From Octopus sinensis (Eukaryota), in the NCBI RefSeq assembly GCF_006345805.1, contig NC_042997.1, forward strand, positions 179,986,001 to 180,050,000: a stretch of DNA of 64,000 nucleotides, in the 5' to 3' direction. The notes under the pieces were generated by a model. The model saw only the letters and a program-made list of their open reading frames with translations. It was not told where the DNA came from and ran no database searches. Within the stretch, counting starts at the first letter, position 1. Each line of letters starts with the position of its first letter. Both the position numbers and the translations under genes were made by a program. This document shows, piece by piece, positions 27,595-41,308 of this stretch.

Positions 27595-27688
27595 AAATGC
27601 GAGGCGGAGACCTCGGGTTTCCTTGCCTATTATGAACACCATAATGTGTTGTGCTACTCGAATATTAGAATAGAATACGTAGGACTTG
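27595..27688 (+). CDS. Candidate 94-nt exon (phase 0-1)
   Basis: Acceptor cacttcgtttttctcataag, donor G|gtaaga; frame KCEAETSGFLAYYEHHNVLCYSNIRIEYVGL. Confidence 0.25.
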
Positions 27689-28456
27689 GTAAGAATATAT
27701 CCATAGCGTGTAAAGAATTGCATAGGAGTCAATAAATAGAAAAGATTTCAGAGCAAATATGCGAATATCGTAGAAGCTAGCAACTATTTCTTCGACTCTA
27801 AAAGTAACGATGTACTCTGTTTCAACTATTAATACTGTACCGTGAAGAATTGTATAGTTTTAGACGGTAAATTGCTGAACGGCTTAAGTTGATAATAACA
27901 TAGTTAATTTAGAAAATCAAAGCAATTAAAAAAGAAATGAAGAGAAATATTACCATTAGATTAATCAATATTCGTGGACAAGAAAAGCAGGAACACAAAA
28001 GTAACGTTTTAACTAAAATTGTTTGAAAATGGAATGCGCCGGATGTACAGAGCTATGAATCTAAACGTACAGTTCTTGGGGGCAAAATTGAATGTTGCTA
28101 GGAATTTATTGATGGATGCATATCACAGATATACACTTCCAGATTGATATAATTTGGTGAAGAGCGGCAAAGTCAATTCTCTACCATTGCGGGTAGTGTT
28201 ATCTCTAAATATGTTTAGTGATTATCTTTCCTAGAAAGTTTTAACTGGCAATTGTCTCTCACCTGAATCGTTTTCTATTACTACCTGGCTATTGCGAGAT
28301 TGTTATACATAAATGAAATAAATTCCAGTCACATACCAGTTTCAATTATATGACTTTATTGTTCACTAAAAATGGGTGAATGCGACTATCCCTGATAATA
28401 ATAACTTTGGTGGTGGTGGTGGTGGTGGTGGTGGTGATGATGATGATGATGATGAT

Positions 28457-28857
28457 GATGAAAATATATCTGTCAAGGAATTTGACAAACTAAGTAAACA
28501 GAAGGACCTAGAAATTGAAATACAAAAGATGTGGCATCTTGAAACGAGAACTGTTCCTGTTATTGTAGGTACCATATGTATGGTTAAAAAAAGGATGTCA
28601 GAAAGATCTAGATAAGATCCCGAGAGAACCATGTCGCAGAGAAGTCCAAAGATTTTACGGAAAAGTACTGCCCACATCCTTAGAAAAAAACATACCCATT
28701 TAAATGCTTGTGTTGTATGACACAAAGATATTTCACTATTTCCCTTTTCCGAAGTTTCAGTCATACTGTAACATCTCTTATCATTCTCTCACCCCAGGAC
28801 GCTAGGCGTGACTCAGCAAGTGACAGCAACAAACATGCAGATTAAAAGTAAAAATAC
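28457..28857 (+). mobile_element. Short 3' fragment of an R4/Dong-clade element (second family)
   Basis: ENISVKEFDKLSKQKDLEIEIQKMWHLETRTVPVIVG; ..STAHILRK; the 3' UTR runs into (AAT)n at 28858. Confidence 0.85.
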
Positions 28858-28894
28858 TAATAATGAAAATAATAATAGTAATAATAATAATAGA

Positions 28895-28931
<37 letters not shown>

Positions 28932-28982
28932 GTAGTAGTAGTAATAATAATAATATTAATAATAATAATGATAGTAGTCGTA

Positions 28983-29044
<62 letters not shown>

Positions 29045-29054
29045 CATAATAATA
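28858..29054. repeat. (AAT)n array between two R4/Dong copies
   Basis: Directly visible. Confidence 0.95.
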
Positions 29055-29835
29055 ACCCGGAACTACCAGGCCAATGTGATGAAAAATGGAGCAGACCCAA
29101 AATGCCGATCCTGCAACGACATGATTGAAACAGTGGACCACCTAATCTCTGGTTGTAAAGTCTTAGCTCCAGTGGAGTATAAATTAAGACATGACAGAGT
29201 TGGCCAATATCTACACTGGCTAATAAGTCGGCATTACAATATCAAAACTGCCGACAAGTGGTATAATCACCACCCTGAGGCTGTAACTGAAGGAGAAAAT
29301 GTAACCATTCTGTGGGACTTTCCAATACATACAGACCGAACCATCAAGGCCAATAAACCAGATATTGTTGTGAAAGACCAAAACAATAAAGTTTGCTTAT
29401 TGATCGACATGAGCATCCCCTGTGATCATAATATCTCAGCGAAAGAGTTTGACAAGCTCAGAAAATATAAAGACCTACTCATTGAAATTGAGAAAATGTG
29501 GCATCTCAAGGCGGTTACAATACCAGTGATCGTAGGAGCACTAGGAATGATCAAGAAGGGAACCGAAAATTATATGAGAATGATCCCTGGCTTACCATCC
29601 CTGCAAGAAGTGCAAAAGATTGTCTTAACTGGTACATCACACGTATTGAGAAGAGCATTGTCGATGTGAGAACTGTTGCTGCTCATGTATTATAATTTAA
29701 AAAAAAAAAAAAAAATGAACGAACTATTGAGTTTGGTTTAATGGCCTACCAATGTATACAATGAGTTTCTTTGCCCTAGGAGTCGGGAAGACACTCGGCA
29801 AGAAATTGAAGCAAATTTGAAAGAAGAAAAAAAAA

Positions 29836-29836
<1 letters not shown>
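29055..29836 (+). mobile_element. 5'-truncated R4/Dong-clade element (third family), CCHC + RLE frame uninterrupted
   Basis: TRNYQANV..KCRSCNDMIETVDHLISGC..RHDRV..KANKPDIVV..LLIDMSIP..KYKDL..IPVIVGALG..VLRRALSM* (stop 29669); (AAT)n on both sides. Confidence 0.93.
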
Positions 29837-29908
<72 letters not shown>

Positions 29909-29949
29909 CAGCAACAATAACAACAGATTCAACAACAACAATAATAAAG

Positions 29950-30162
29950 TTTTCTACTAAAGGCAAAAAGCCTGGAATTTGTTGGGAGGAGACCAGTCGA
30001 TTACCTCGACCCCATTGTTTCGCTGGTACTTAATTTACCGACCCCGAAAGGATCAGCGACAAAGTGGATCTCGGCGGAATCTGAACTTAGAATGTAAATA
30101 CCGACGACATGCCACTCAGTATTTTTTCCGGCGTGCTAACGATACTGCCAGGTCGCCGCCTT
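29950..30162 (-). mobile_element. OK-like SINE (alternative 3' end)
   Basis: Reverse complement begins AAGGCGGCGACCTGGCAGTATCGTTAGCACGCCGG; contains GGGGTCG.TAAATTAAGTACCAG. Confidence 0.85.
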
Positions 30163-30172
30163 GATGATGATG

Positions 30173-30227
<55 letters not shown>

Positions 30228-30247
30228 TGATGATGATGATGATGATG

Positions 30248-30327
<80 letters not shown>

Positions 30328-30334
30328 AACAATC

Positions 30335-30542
30335 TGTTCTATTATAGGTACTAGGCTTGAAATTCTTGGGGAGAGAGCTAGTCGATTACATCGACCCCAG
30401 AATTCCAGTGGTACTTAATTTATCAACCCCGGAAACACGAAAGGCAAAGTCGGCCTCGGTGGAGTTTGAACTCAGAACGTAGGGACGGGCGAAATACCGT
30501 TAAGCATTTCGTCCAGTGTGCCAATGATTCTGCCAGCTCGCT
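30335..30542 (-). mobile_element. OK-like SINE (alternative 3' end)
   Basis: Reverse complement GCGAGCTGGCAGAATCATTGGCACAC..GTTCTGAGTTCAAACTCCACCGAGG. Confidence 0.85.
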
Positions 30543-30559
30543 TACTATAGGAAAACACA

Positions 30560-33260
30560 TTTGAAAGCAACACTACCACTTCCACTACTCCAGTCACCAT
30601 TGATGACCGAAATAAGAACAACAGCAGCAATACCTAGCATTTACAACAAAAAGGATAAACAAAAAATTTATACAACTCACTTCAAAATTCCAAATCTCCT
30701 ACCACCAGCACTATAAATAGTTACAGAACTATAAATCAAGAAACCATAATTAAAAATTGAAAGTTACCGATTTCACAAATATTGTGTGACAGGAGGAGGT
30801 AATTAAATTAACGGTTCAATAATTAAAAAATTCTTGACACCATCTTATGAGATCTAGCAGAAATGTAGAATTAAACATTCCAGATTCCATCACAAAAGAA
30901 ACCAATCTAATATTCGAAAAGGTTAACAATAAAATACTAGATATAGAACAACTGGCACTCCGGAAAATGAAAGGGTTACTTAGAGCAATCTAGGGCACAA
31001 AAACGTCTTCATCTGGGTGTGGAGGACGACATGATAGAGTATAATTCCTTACAGAATATGAGGTCATGAAGCATTTCACGATAACATTAAGAAGTCATGA
31101 ACTGTTCCTCATTTTAATCTAACTTGAACATGGTGCAGTAAAGGAAATGATTAACGGCGACACCATCTGTTGACACCATCACAGCAGCAGCAAGAACACG
31201 AATATAACAATACAGCAGCAGTACCAATAGCAGAATGCAACGGCAAGAATGATGGCAACTGCGACACTAGCACCAAGAGGAATGAAGAAACAGTAGCAAC
31301 AGCAGTAAAAGCAGCAGCTACAGCGGTTGAAGAGAGAAAAAAAACGGAAAAGGCACCAAAAGCGAAAGCAACAACAACGAAAATAAAAACAAAATAAATG
31401 CCGCCCACAAAGGCAGCGCATGACCATCTACAACAGCAATTGAAGGCCTCGAAACAACAACAAAGACCTCCTATGATCGACATACTATCTCCAAACCAAC
31501 AACAACAAACCAAGAATATTCCCAACACCATCACAGCCATACCACCAACACCAAAATTGCAGAGATAACCCTCATCCCAAATTCTAGAGAAAATATTTAC
31601 AGATGAACCAAGGATAAAGTCATGACATACACTGCATTGTTATAAATAATAGAAAAGCTTCATGAAATAAATACATTAATACTCAGACAATCTAAATATC
31701 ACTACACAAACAAATTTCACACCAACACTTAAAATTTATTCAATCATGCAAAATATGTAGAACGCTTTAAATAAACAAATACGCCGGTGGTGTAGGAGAT
31801 TTGAGAGGAAATATCAATAGAATAAATGATAATGAACTGCTTATGGAATCCTCCGCAGATATCTAGAGTGAGCAAATGCTGTATAAGAATAAGGTAAGTA
31901 GTCCTGACTAACCCCCGCTTTCTATCGAACATAACCTTTAATAAAAATATGTATGTACACGCTCGTAATCTGTTAGCTTGGTCCCCTTCTAAACGACCTC
32001 AGGTTACTAGAGATAGACATAGTGGCCATTACTGAGACAAGAGTTTCTGATCCACTGCCAGCCCCCCTATTTTCGATGGATACGAGATCTTCATATTTTG
32101 AAGCAGAGCAGATTTCGAAGGCAGAACCTCTGTCTTCTTTTGGAAGGGTCTAGGACTCATCTCCTTGTACCCAGAAAATATACTGACAGTTCTTGTTGTG
32201 AAGAGTCGTGCAGGATGGAGGTTTAAATGTAGTAGGTGTTCAAGCTCCGACAGTCGCTGGACAAACATATTTAGTCACGGGCGCGAAATTCTCCTCAAAC
32301 TTATAGAGTTGGCGAGTGAATGGAAAAAGCGTCTTCCATGCACGTTTGGATAAATTTGTGGGCGTGACTGATAGAGGAGAGCAGCAGAGTTCGCTTTTTT
32401 AAACTCATAAAGCTTTATATGCCTTAAATGCTCCTTAGACACTTCCATGTTTAAAGAGCTACAGTTAGTGAAATTTCAATTAGACTATCCTTCAAAATTA
32501 AATTTAAATATTAGTTTAAATATTTCCAAATACCATTGATACCATTCGACATTCTAAAATACAGTTAACGCGTTTACAAATTGAAAATATAGAAATCCAG
32601 ACATTACTATTGGGAGTGGTGGCGCAATGGCCCAGTGGTTAGGGCAGCGGACTCGCGGTCATAGGATCGCGGTTTCGATTCCCAGACCGGGCGTTGTGAG
32701 TGTTTATTGAGCGAAAACACCTAAAAAGCTCCACGAGGCTCCGGCAGGGGATGGTGGTGATCCCTGCTGTACTCTTTCACCACAACTTTCTCTCACTCTT
32801 ACTTCCTGTTTCTGTTGTACCTGTATTTCAAGGGGCCGGCCTTGTCACTCTCTGTGTCACGCTGAATATCCCCGAGAACTACGTTAAGGGTGCACGTGTC
32901 TGTGGAGTGCTCAGCCACTTACACGTTAATTTCACGAGCAGGCTGTTCCGTTGATTCGGATCAACCGGAACCCTCATCGTCGTAACCGACGGAGTGCTAA
33001 GAGAGATACTATTGAGATGACCTGATACAATAATGAAAGAATAATGTGGAAAAAAATCCCATGATCAAAATCTAACATGATAAAAACTTATTTGTAGCTC
33101 AAACATTACTGCTAATAGTTTTACACAGAGATGAATCAGTCATTCATGGAGAATTCCAGATCTCCTCAGTCAATGAAATCAGTGTTATTACTAGTTACTA
33201 GAATCATCCACGACATTTCTTGCAGACCCACACCTGATTTCTTCAGATTTACCTTTACCT
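30560..33260 (+). mobile_element. Very old APE-type LINE remnant (ORF1-like region and endonuclease), split by a SINE
   Basis: At about 31950 MYVHARNLL..LNDLRLLEIDIVAITETRV (APE N-terminal motifs); at about 33140 VIHGEF (GDFN-like); degenerate zinc-knuckle-like stretch near 31005-31040. Confidence 0.45.
32613..33006 (+). mobile_element. tRNA-derived SINE of a third family, well preserved
   Basis: Head GGCGCAATGGCCCAGTGGTTAGGGCAGCGGACTCGCGGTC..GGTTTCGATTCCCAGACCGGGCG (A and B boxes); body unrelated to the other two families; TSD TACTATTG at 32605-32612 and 33007-33014. Confidence 0.85.
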
Positions 33261-34003
33261 TTAAATAGAGATTTGTAAAGATTTACCTTTAAATAGAGAT
33301 TTGTTCAATCAAAGTTCTTCTGGATTTAAACAACATATCAGTGATGAACAACAATAAGAGCGAAGGAGCAAAGAGAAACAAAATACTCAAAAGATTAGTC
33401 TTTTACTTTGTAAGCAAATAATAGACGTTTCCCTGCAGATTTATAGTAAATAAAATGCAATTAGAAAATGCATAAAAACATAATTAAAAGTGTATGTAAA
33501 ATGGTATCAACTTTCTTTCAAAAACTACTGCCATGACTGATATAATTAATTAAAGCTGACTGACCAAAATTAGCCAAATTATAGTTATTTTTCTCCTCAC
33601 AAATATTAAATATTAACGGAAAACTAATAAAAATATTTACGCTATACCGTCACAAGTTTTATATTTGTCTTTTTTTTTTTTTGCTTTTATTCATGATGTT
33701 GGTAAAAAAAAATTAACTGAAGAAAGTTTCATTTGAATAAATTTAATTATATGTTTCAAATATAATAACATACAATGAATATGTAATGAAAATATCAGAA
33801 GCGAAGTCCCAAGGGCTACTAAAATGTATCACAGATTAATATATACGCCTATATAAGAGTGTGCGTGTACGCGTACGTCTATGTGAAGTGAATGTATACG
33901 CGTGTAAGTACATATAAATATGTATGCATATACATATATACATACGTATACAGATACACATACATACATACGTATACATACGTATAAATATACATACATA
34001 CAT

Positions 34004-34049
<46 letters not shown>

Positions 34050-36149
34050 GTAAATATGTGTATATGCATACGTATGTATATGCATATATGCACAGGCATA
34101 TGTGTGTGTGGTGTGTAAATATATAAAAAATATAATACGCATATTAAATGCATTCATTTATGTATTTAATGTTTGTGTATGCCACAATAGATGCATACGT
34201 ACACACATTCACACACACATGTACATACATTAATAGCTACATACGTAAATGAAGACGCACGTACTTGTATGTATGTTTTTACCTACATTCCACCGCCAAC
34301 CACCCTTCCACTTATTAATAAGTTGATTGATGCAAATATAACTTTTTACTACATAATAAATGACATGAGCTAAGTCAGGTGAGGTAAAGAAGAAGAGTGA
34401 GAAGCAGGTGGGGAAAAAAATGTCCAAAAAAAAAGTAAAGAAAATGTACGAAAACATTTTTAGAAATATAAAATGTATTAAATATATAATGAAAATACAC
34501 AAATAAATTGGTTGAGAAAAAAACTTCCTGTAGTTAAGGGACGCTATTTGACTTGTATAATATCTACGTCTGAAAATGTTTATCTGAAAACATATATGTC
34601 GAATGTATTTTAAAGCAAGTACGGAGGACAGAAGTGCTGGTCAGAAGGGAATGTTACCTGGACAGAAGAAGTAGAGTTGTTTTTCTTTTTTGAATAAATT
34701 AAGAATTTTCCTAACATCAACTCTTTTTAGATAAGTAAATGATTGTATTAAAGCACCAGATGGCACTAATATTTTAATAAAATGTAATAAATCGGATAGA
34801 CTCTGCAACAGCTTTCACTCATTTCAAACGTTTCCTAAGACAGTGTTGAAAGTTTTTGTTTTTGTTGCATAACACAGTAGGTACTTTAAATACGGCGTAA
34901 GCAGCTGGGAAGGTTCCGTTACGTAAATATGTTTCTAATGATGAGGTCCATATCTAAGAATTTGTTTATAATGAAGGATGTGTGTATAGTAACAAATCTG
35001 GTTTGTTATTATCATTATTTCTCACTGGTTTATATCAGATATAAACGTGGTGGAATGTTATATGTCTTTGCCCTCTTAATCATATAAACGGTATGAGACA
35101 TAAACAACTCTATAATTCGTTCCATACTGATGATATCAGGTTACATATATGAATCCATTTACATTTTATAGTATGTTATAAACGTTTTGAAGATATAAAT
35201 CTTGTAAGATTGGTATTGTTAAACTAATTTTAATTTCAGACTTAAACTGCTAACGTCACGTCAATAACTCCGTCTGGATGATAATAGATCATGAATAATT
35301 TTCTTAATTCTGAAGAATTCTATGATTAACATCATTTTCAAATTACGAATTCATATAATAGAGATTATCTAAGTGAACTATCTCACATTAGCAAACACAT
35401 TCAGAAATTCATATCTAGCTTGGCGAATTATCTGTTAAAAGAACAAAAAATACATCATTGCCGTCGAATATAACTAGGTTTACGCTGGCCTGCAATCATG
35501 AAAATAAATATGTATGATTGTTATATTAAACACGCAATACAGTTAAATGTTGTGTAGCTTCTTTTTTTTTTACCTTTTTTGGATCAGTGTTGATTAAACA
35601 TGAAGTAAATGTTTGTGCCAATATATTTATGAATTCTAAAATGATTTGATATTCTTAACATTCATGAAAGGTAATTTGAAAGTAATAGGCTTGGTAGTTA
35701 CTTTAAGTGGGTATCTCCTACAGTAGTTTTTCATCAGAATATGAAATACCTGTTTGTTCCTTATGACCTATATTAATGTGGGTATTGAATAACATCTTAT
35801 TTTATGTTGCTTTACTGGTTAACCTATTAGTACTAAATTACAGATCCCGACTGCTTATTTTATATTATGAGCGAAACTGAAACGTAGTAATGTTGAACTA
35901 AAGAGCAAATTCCGTACCCTATTACAATGATGAAAGATTATTAAACAAATAATAATTTGTGAAGTTAAATGTAGACTTTTGACACGACTTTAAGTAGTTC
36001 CCGTATATCAGACTACAGAATACAGATATTACATTTTTTTTAATATAATTACACAGAGTATATGTACCCAACTAACCTGCGGAATTTTTGAAGACTAACA
36101 ATAGTATTATTCTTTGAAGCAAAAAGATGACTAGTTAGTACAGAAATTG

Positions 36150-37040
36150 ATGAAGTTTGTTTCCCAGCAATACGGCCCCGGGCTCAGTCACACTGCATGG
36201 GATCTTCGGCAATTGTCTTATCTCGGGCGGATTAAGGACTTATAACAGGATTTAGTATACTGACACTGAAAAAAACAGCGAATCGTATATACGAATACAC
36301 ATACATGCACCCATACATACATAGACACACGCACGTACACACAAACACGCACACATATACAAATGGCATCTTCGCATGTAAGTGTGTATGTATGTATACA
36401 TGCATGCATGTGTATATATATATATATACATATACACACAAACATTCATACATACATACATACAAGCATTTATACGTACATCCATATATACGTGTGTTTG
36501 TGTGTGCGTGCTTGCGTGTGCATGTTTGTATGTGTGTGTGCCTACTTTCGTTACCGCTTGGCAACCAATATCGGTGTAAAATAATAATAATAATAATAAT
36601 TGTGTACAGTGCTCAGGTGCACTACAACTCATCTAAAGTGTATATATAATCAGGTGTAGTTTCGGCGGATTTCGGAAAGCATGAGGGCCTTAAAGGATGC
36701 AGTGTCATGGCAATCAACAACTGACGCAGGCAATTTATTCCATGCTTCAGCAACTCTGAGCGTGAAAAAATGTTTCCGAAAGTCATGGGAGCTGTGTTGT
36801 TTTCTGACTTTGTAGGCATGTCCACGTGTGTTAGACACATGGAGATCAAAAAGGTGTTCAGTGTTGTTGTTGGTGAGGTGGTTGGTGAGGTGTGTTTACG
36901 TCCCCATAGCTAATTGGTTCTACAAAACAAACCGATAGAGCAAGTACAGGTTTTAAAAAATGAGTACTGCGGTTGACTTGTTCGACTAACCCGTCAAGGC
37001 GATGCCTTAACATAGCTGAAGTCCAATGATTGAGGCCAGA
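36150..37040 (+). mobile_element. Old CORE-type SINE interrupted by a CR1 fragment
   Basis: Degenerate head CCCGGGCTCAGTCACACTGCATGG..CTTCGGCAATTGTC; middle CCGCTTGGCAACCAATATCGGTGT; resumes GGTGTGTTTACGTCCCC at about 36890. Confidence 0.7.
36578..36870 (-). mobile_element. CR1-clade LINE 3' end with (ATT)n tail
   Basis: TRGHAYKVRKQHSSHDFRKHFFTLRVAEAWNKLPASVV..SFK matches the conserved CR1 C-terminus (TRGH..K; R..FF..RV...WN.LP..VV). Confidence 0.88.
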
Positions 37041-37049
37041 AACAAGTTA

Positions 37050-37790
37050 AACATAGAGAAAATATATACATACGAAGAACCAATCACTGTATTTCCCTGC
37101 AATGTTGGTTCACCAAAATTAAATTATTGTACCTTCAAGGAATGCAATATTTTGCATAGATACAATAATTTTGAAGCCAGTTCTAATGATCGATATTCGC
37201 GCCAATAATATCATTTCATTGAATATATACAACATTTATATATTTTCCCCATTTAATGCGAGATTTTCGCTGGTGATGATTTTTAAGACGATTTGCCGCA
37301 GTTTCTAGGTATTTGTAATTTTATTTACCATATGAATGACATTGAACATTCTCCTGTTTTGCGAGAACAAGTTAGCTCCGTATGATGCTACAAAAACAAA
37401 ATCTACAGTATACTGATATATTGTAGTGATGTAAATATGCAATACTCTTAGGTGGAAAATCAAATTCTGTCAGTGTGGAGTCATATTTCGGAATGGAATA
37501 TTTCACATAAAATTCCTTGTTCCTTTTTAGTATACCAGATTATCAGCTCTGTCAATTTAGTTATTGCTCCCCAAATCAGGATTTTCTGCACTGATACTCA
37601 CAGAATACTGGGTTTATTTGAAAGATGGTGCACTAAACGAATATGAAATTCCTCGTCAAAGAAACGTATTTTTACACGGAGATTTAACATTTTCCCGTCG
37701 TCTCCCTATTTTCCACAACCTTTCCTCGTTTTCATTTTTCTAATGAAGGACTAACGTCTGAAACGTTTACGAACCTTTCCCTTCCATTCA
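37050..37790 (+). mobile_element. PLE 3' remnant (GIY-YIG fragments plus mutated hammerhead)
   Basis: TVY..YCSDVNMQY and EYWVYLK..ALNE fragments, then CTAATGA-AGGAC-TAAC-GTCT-GAAA-CGTT at 37740-37767. Confidence 0.55.
37735..37775 (+). ncRNA. Degenerate hammerhead ribozyme motif (G5A)
   Basis: CTAATGA instead of CTGATGA; stem II GAC/GTC; GAAAC. Confidence 0.45.
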
Positions 37791-37900
37791 AAAGTTAGAC
37801 TAATGTTACATTTGTTAAAACTTGTCCATCTCTCTCTCCCACTTTCTCTCTCTTTCTCTCTCTCACTCTTTCTGTCTCTCTTTCTGTCTCTCTCTCTCTC

Positions 37901-37957
<57 letters not shown>

Positions 37958-38072
37958 GAAAGAGAGAGAACTACATGCACACATACAAATACATGCATAC
38001 ATACATAACAACATACACAGCCACACATCCATACATGCATGCATATATATATATATATATATGAGTGTGTGC

Positions 38073-38107
<35 letters not shown>

Positions 38108-39400
38108 CTCCCCTATATTCTTGCATGTAGTTATGACAAATTCATCTTCTCATTGCTACCTTCTATGTTCCTCTTCATCCCCATAAGACTATCATTTTAC
38201 ATAATGCGACACAATTCTAAACTGAATGAGCTCCGGAATTACTTCATCCAATAATTATAAATGAAGTATGCTGCACCACCGTTCTTTACTCGTCTTAAAT
38301 AATATTTTTCGATTTAAATGATCGATTAATGTTAGTTTCTGAACTTTTAAAATTCTTGTCTGAATAGAACTAGACCAAAGCAACGAAATGAAAAGGTTGG
38401 TCTAGTTTGTCGGGGCAGTTTGAATGATAATTATATAGCCGAATAGCAAGTGAATAACGATGGCAGTTAAATTGGTATATTTTAATTAAAGACCTTAAAC
38501 AGTAACATTTTTCCTTTCTTCTTTATTTTATAAAAATGAAGAAGAAAATATCATCCTGTCTGTCTGTTGAAGAGTGCCAGCCTATGTATTGATCGTAAAG
38601 TCATTTAATTTATTTATCTGCCGAATTTCCTGGTATTTATCTATAATTACGCTCAGTGTTAGACATTTGATTTCAGAAATAAAGCAAATACCTCTACTCA
38701 GCGAATAATCTTTGTTTGTTCAAGCATTTGTTCAGCTCCTTTTATAATATTTGCTGTCAGTTATTAACAGCTTCTTTTTATGATTTATTAAAAATGCAAA
38801 CATTATAAAGCAACAATTTTAGAAAGCAAAGGACTCGAAAATATAGACAAACTTATTTCCCATTGGCAGCCAAAAGAATACAATTTTCTTCTGACCCTAG
38901 GCTAAAACATAAGAGATGGCAGAGCCTGTCATTCGATACATTCACATAGAAAACTGCCAAAAAGGAAAAAATAAATCGAATTCGATTTTAGCTATTTTCA
39001 TTTTTCTATTAATATTGTCGAATTCCCAAGGGCTACTTGATCACATTAAGTTATATTTATTAAATGAGTTATATTATGGAAACGGTAATATGTCTTATTC
39101 TGTGCAACGGTGTGGCAAACGTTTCTCTATTTGAATATTAACAAAGGTCGAATGTCGATTGCACACTGCACCCAGTAGTATACTCCTAAAGAGTACAGAC
39201 TTGCAAAGTCTATTGCAACACTACCCTTTTCACCTCAATAATATTAGCATTCAAATAAAACAACCTTCAGTTGTACAGGGATGTCTGAAGTTGCATTTCT
39301 TTTCGCCTCTCCCCTTCTCTCTCATGTACACAGTGTGATTGAGATGTACAGAAAGATTGATTTCTTGCCTATATTAACTTATATATACTTACATGCATAC

Positions 39401-39448
<48 letters not shown>

Positions 39449-39542
39449 ACATATATACACACATATTTCTGTATGTATATGCCTTTATATATGGATATAT
39501 ATACGTGTGTGAGTGTATTTGTGTGCATCTGGATATATATAT

Positions 39543-39613
<71 letters not shown>

Positions 39614-40239
39614 GTTATTGTTGTCCTAAGAACAATAAGACATCTTGTATACAAGCAACAATATCAAAGGATACAATGAAACGAATTAAAAGTAATTTAG
39701 ACATATATGAGAATTTTAGTTTGCATAGCTTTAGCTTCCCATAATAATAATGATAAAGTTAATAATAATAATAATAATAATAATATATTAAAAATTACAA
39801 CAACAACAATAATAATAATAATAATAATGATAATAATGATAATAATGATAATAATAATTATAATAATAATAATAATAATGATAACAATAATAATAATATA
39901 ATAAATATAACAATGATAATAATAATGATAACAACAACAATAACAATAATAATAATAATGATGATGGGGTGGAGGAGGAATAGGAGGAAATATTTAACAA
40001 AGTTTTACCTTGTGATATTCGCTTTCATCTTTTTACGTAGCGTTATTTCTGTTATATAGGACAAAGCTATAGGGATGTACACGGTAACAGAGCTGTGCAA
40101 TGTCACTTTGTTTACAATGTTATTCACAATAAACATGAGCACTAGATCAACAGGTTAGAAATCACTACAAGTATTGTTCACGTTAATGCACGTTAAAAGA
40201 ATGACAAATGGGTTTAAGTGATGACATAGAAGGGGGATT

Positions 40240-40601
40240 TTCTGAGGATGATTATAGGTGATGATAATGGTGACGTAAATGCTAGTGTTGGAGCTGGTGC
40301 TGGTGTCCTGGTGCGGGTGCCGGTGCTGGAAATGAGGCTAGCGGTATTACTGAAGGCGATGGTGATAATGAAGATGTTGATGATGATGATGATACCGCTA
40401 TTGCTGCTTCTGTGGAGAATGGTGGTGGTGATGGGTACGATGGAGAGTGATTCTGGTGATATTGGTGTGACTGATGAGGATGATTGATGACGATGGTGCT
40501 GATGGTGTTGATGATGATGATGATGCTGATGATGATGATAATGATGATGATGATTGATGACGATGGTGATGTTGATGAAGATGATGATGTTCATGATGAT
40601 A

Positions 40602-40633
<32 letters not shown>

Positions 40634-40905
40634 GATGATGATGATGATGGTGGTGATGATGATGTTGATAATGATAATGAGGATGATGATGATGATGATG
40701 ATGATGATGTTCATGATGATGAGGATGATGATGATGGTGATGATGATGATGATGATGATGATGATGGTGGTGATGATGATGTTGATAATGATAATGAGGA
40801 TGATGATGATGATGATGATGTTGAGGACAATGATGATGATGGTGATGATGATGAGGATGATTATAATAATGATAATGAGGATGATGATGATGATGATAAT
40901 GAGGG

Positions 40906-40948
<43 letters not shown>

Positions 40949-40966
40949 ATGATGATGATGATGATG

Positions 40967-40998
<32 letters not shown>

Positions 40999-41251
40999 GT
41001 GGTGATGATGATGTTGATAATGATAATGAGGATGATGATGATGATGATGATGATGTTCATGATGATGAGGATGATGATGATGGTGATGATGATGATGATG
41101 ATGATGATGATGGTGGTGATGATGATGTTGATAATGATAATGAGGATGATGATGATGATGATGATGTTGAGGACAATGATGATGATGGTGATGATGATGA
41201 GGATGATTATAATAATGATAATGAGGATGATGATGATGATGATAATGAGGG

Positions 41252-41308
<57 letters not shown>

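Noticed and set aside
32621-32695. tRNA gene
   Set aside because: The anticodon stem does not pair, and the sequence continues into a SINE body with a TSD. The same applies to the other tRNA-like heads.
37596-37665. Plus-strand exon candidate EYWVYLKDGALNEYEIPRQRN
   Set aside because: Better explained as a GIY-YIG C-terminal remnant just upstream of a hammerhead motif; the donor is weak.
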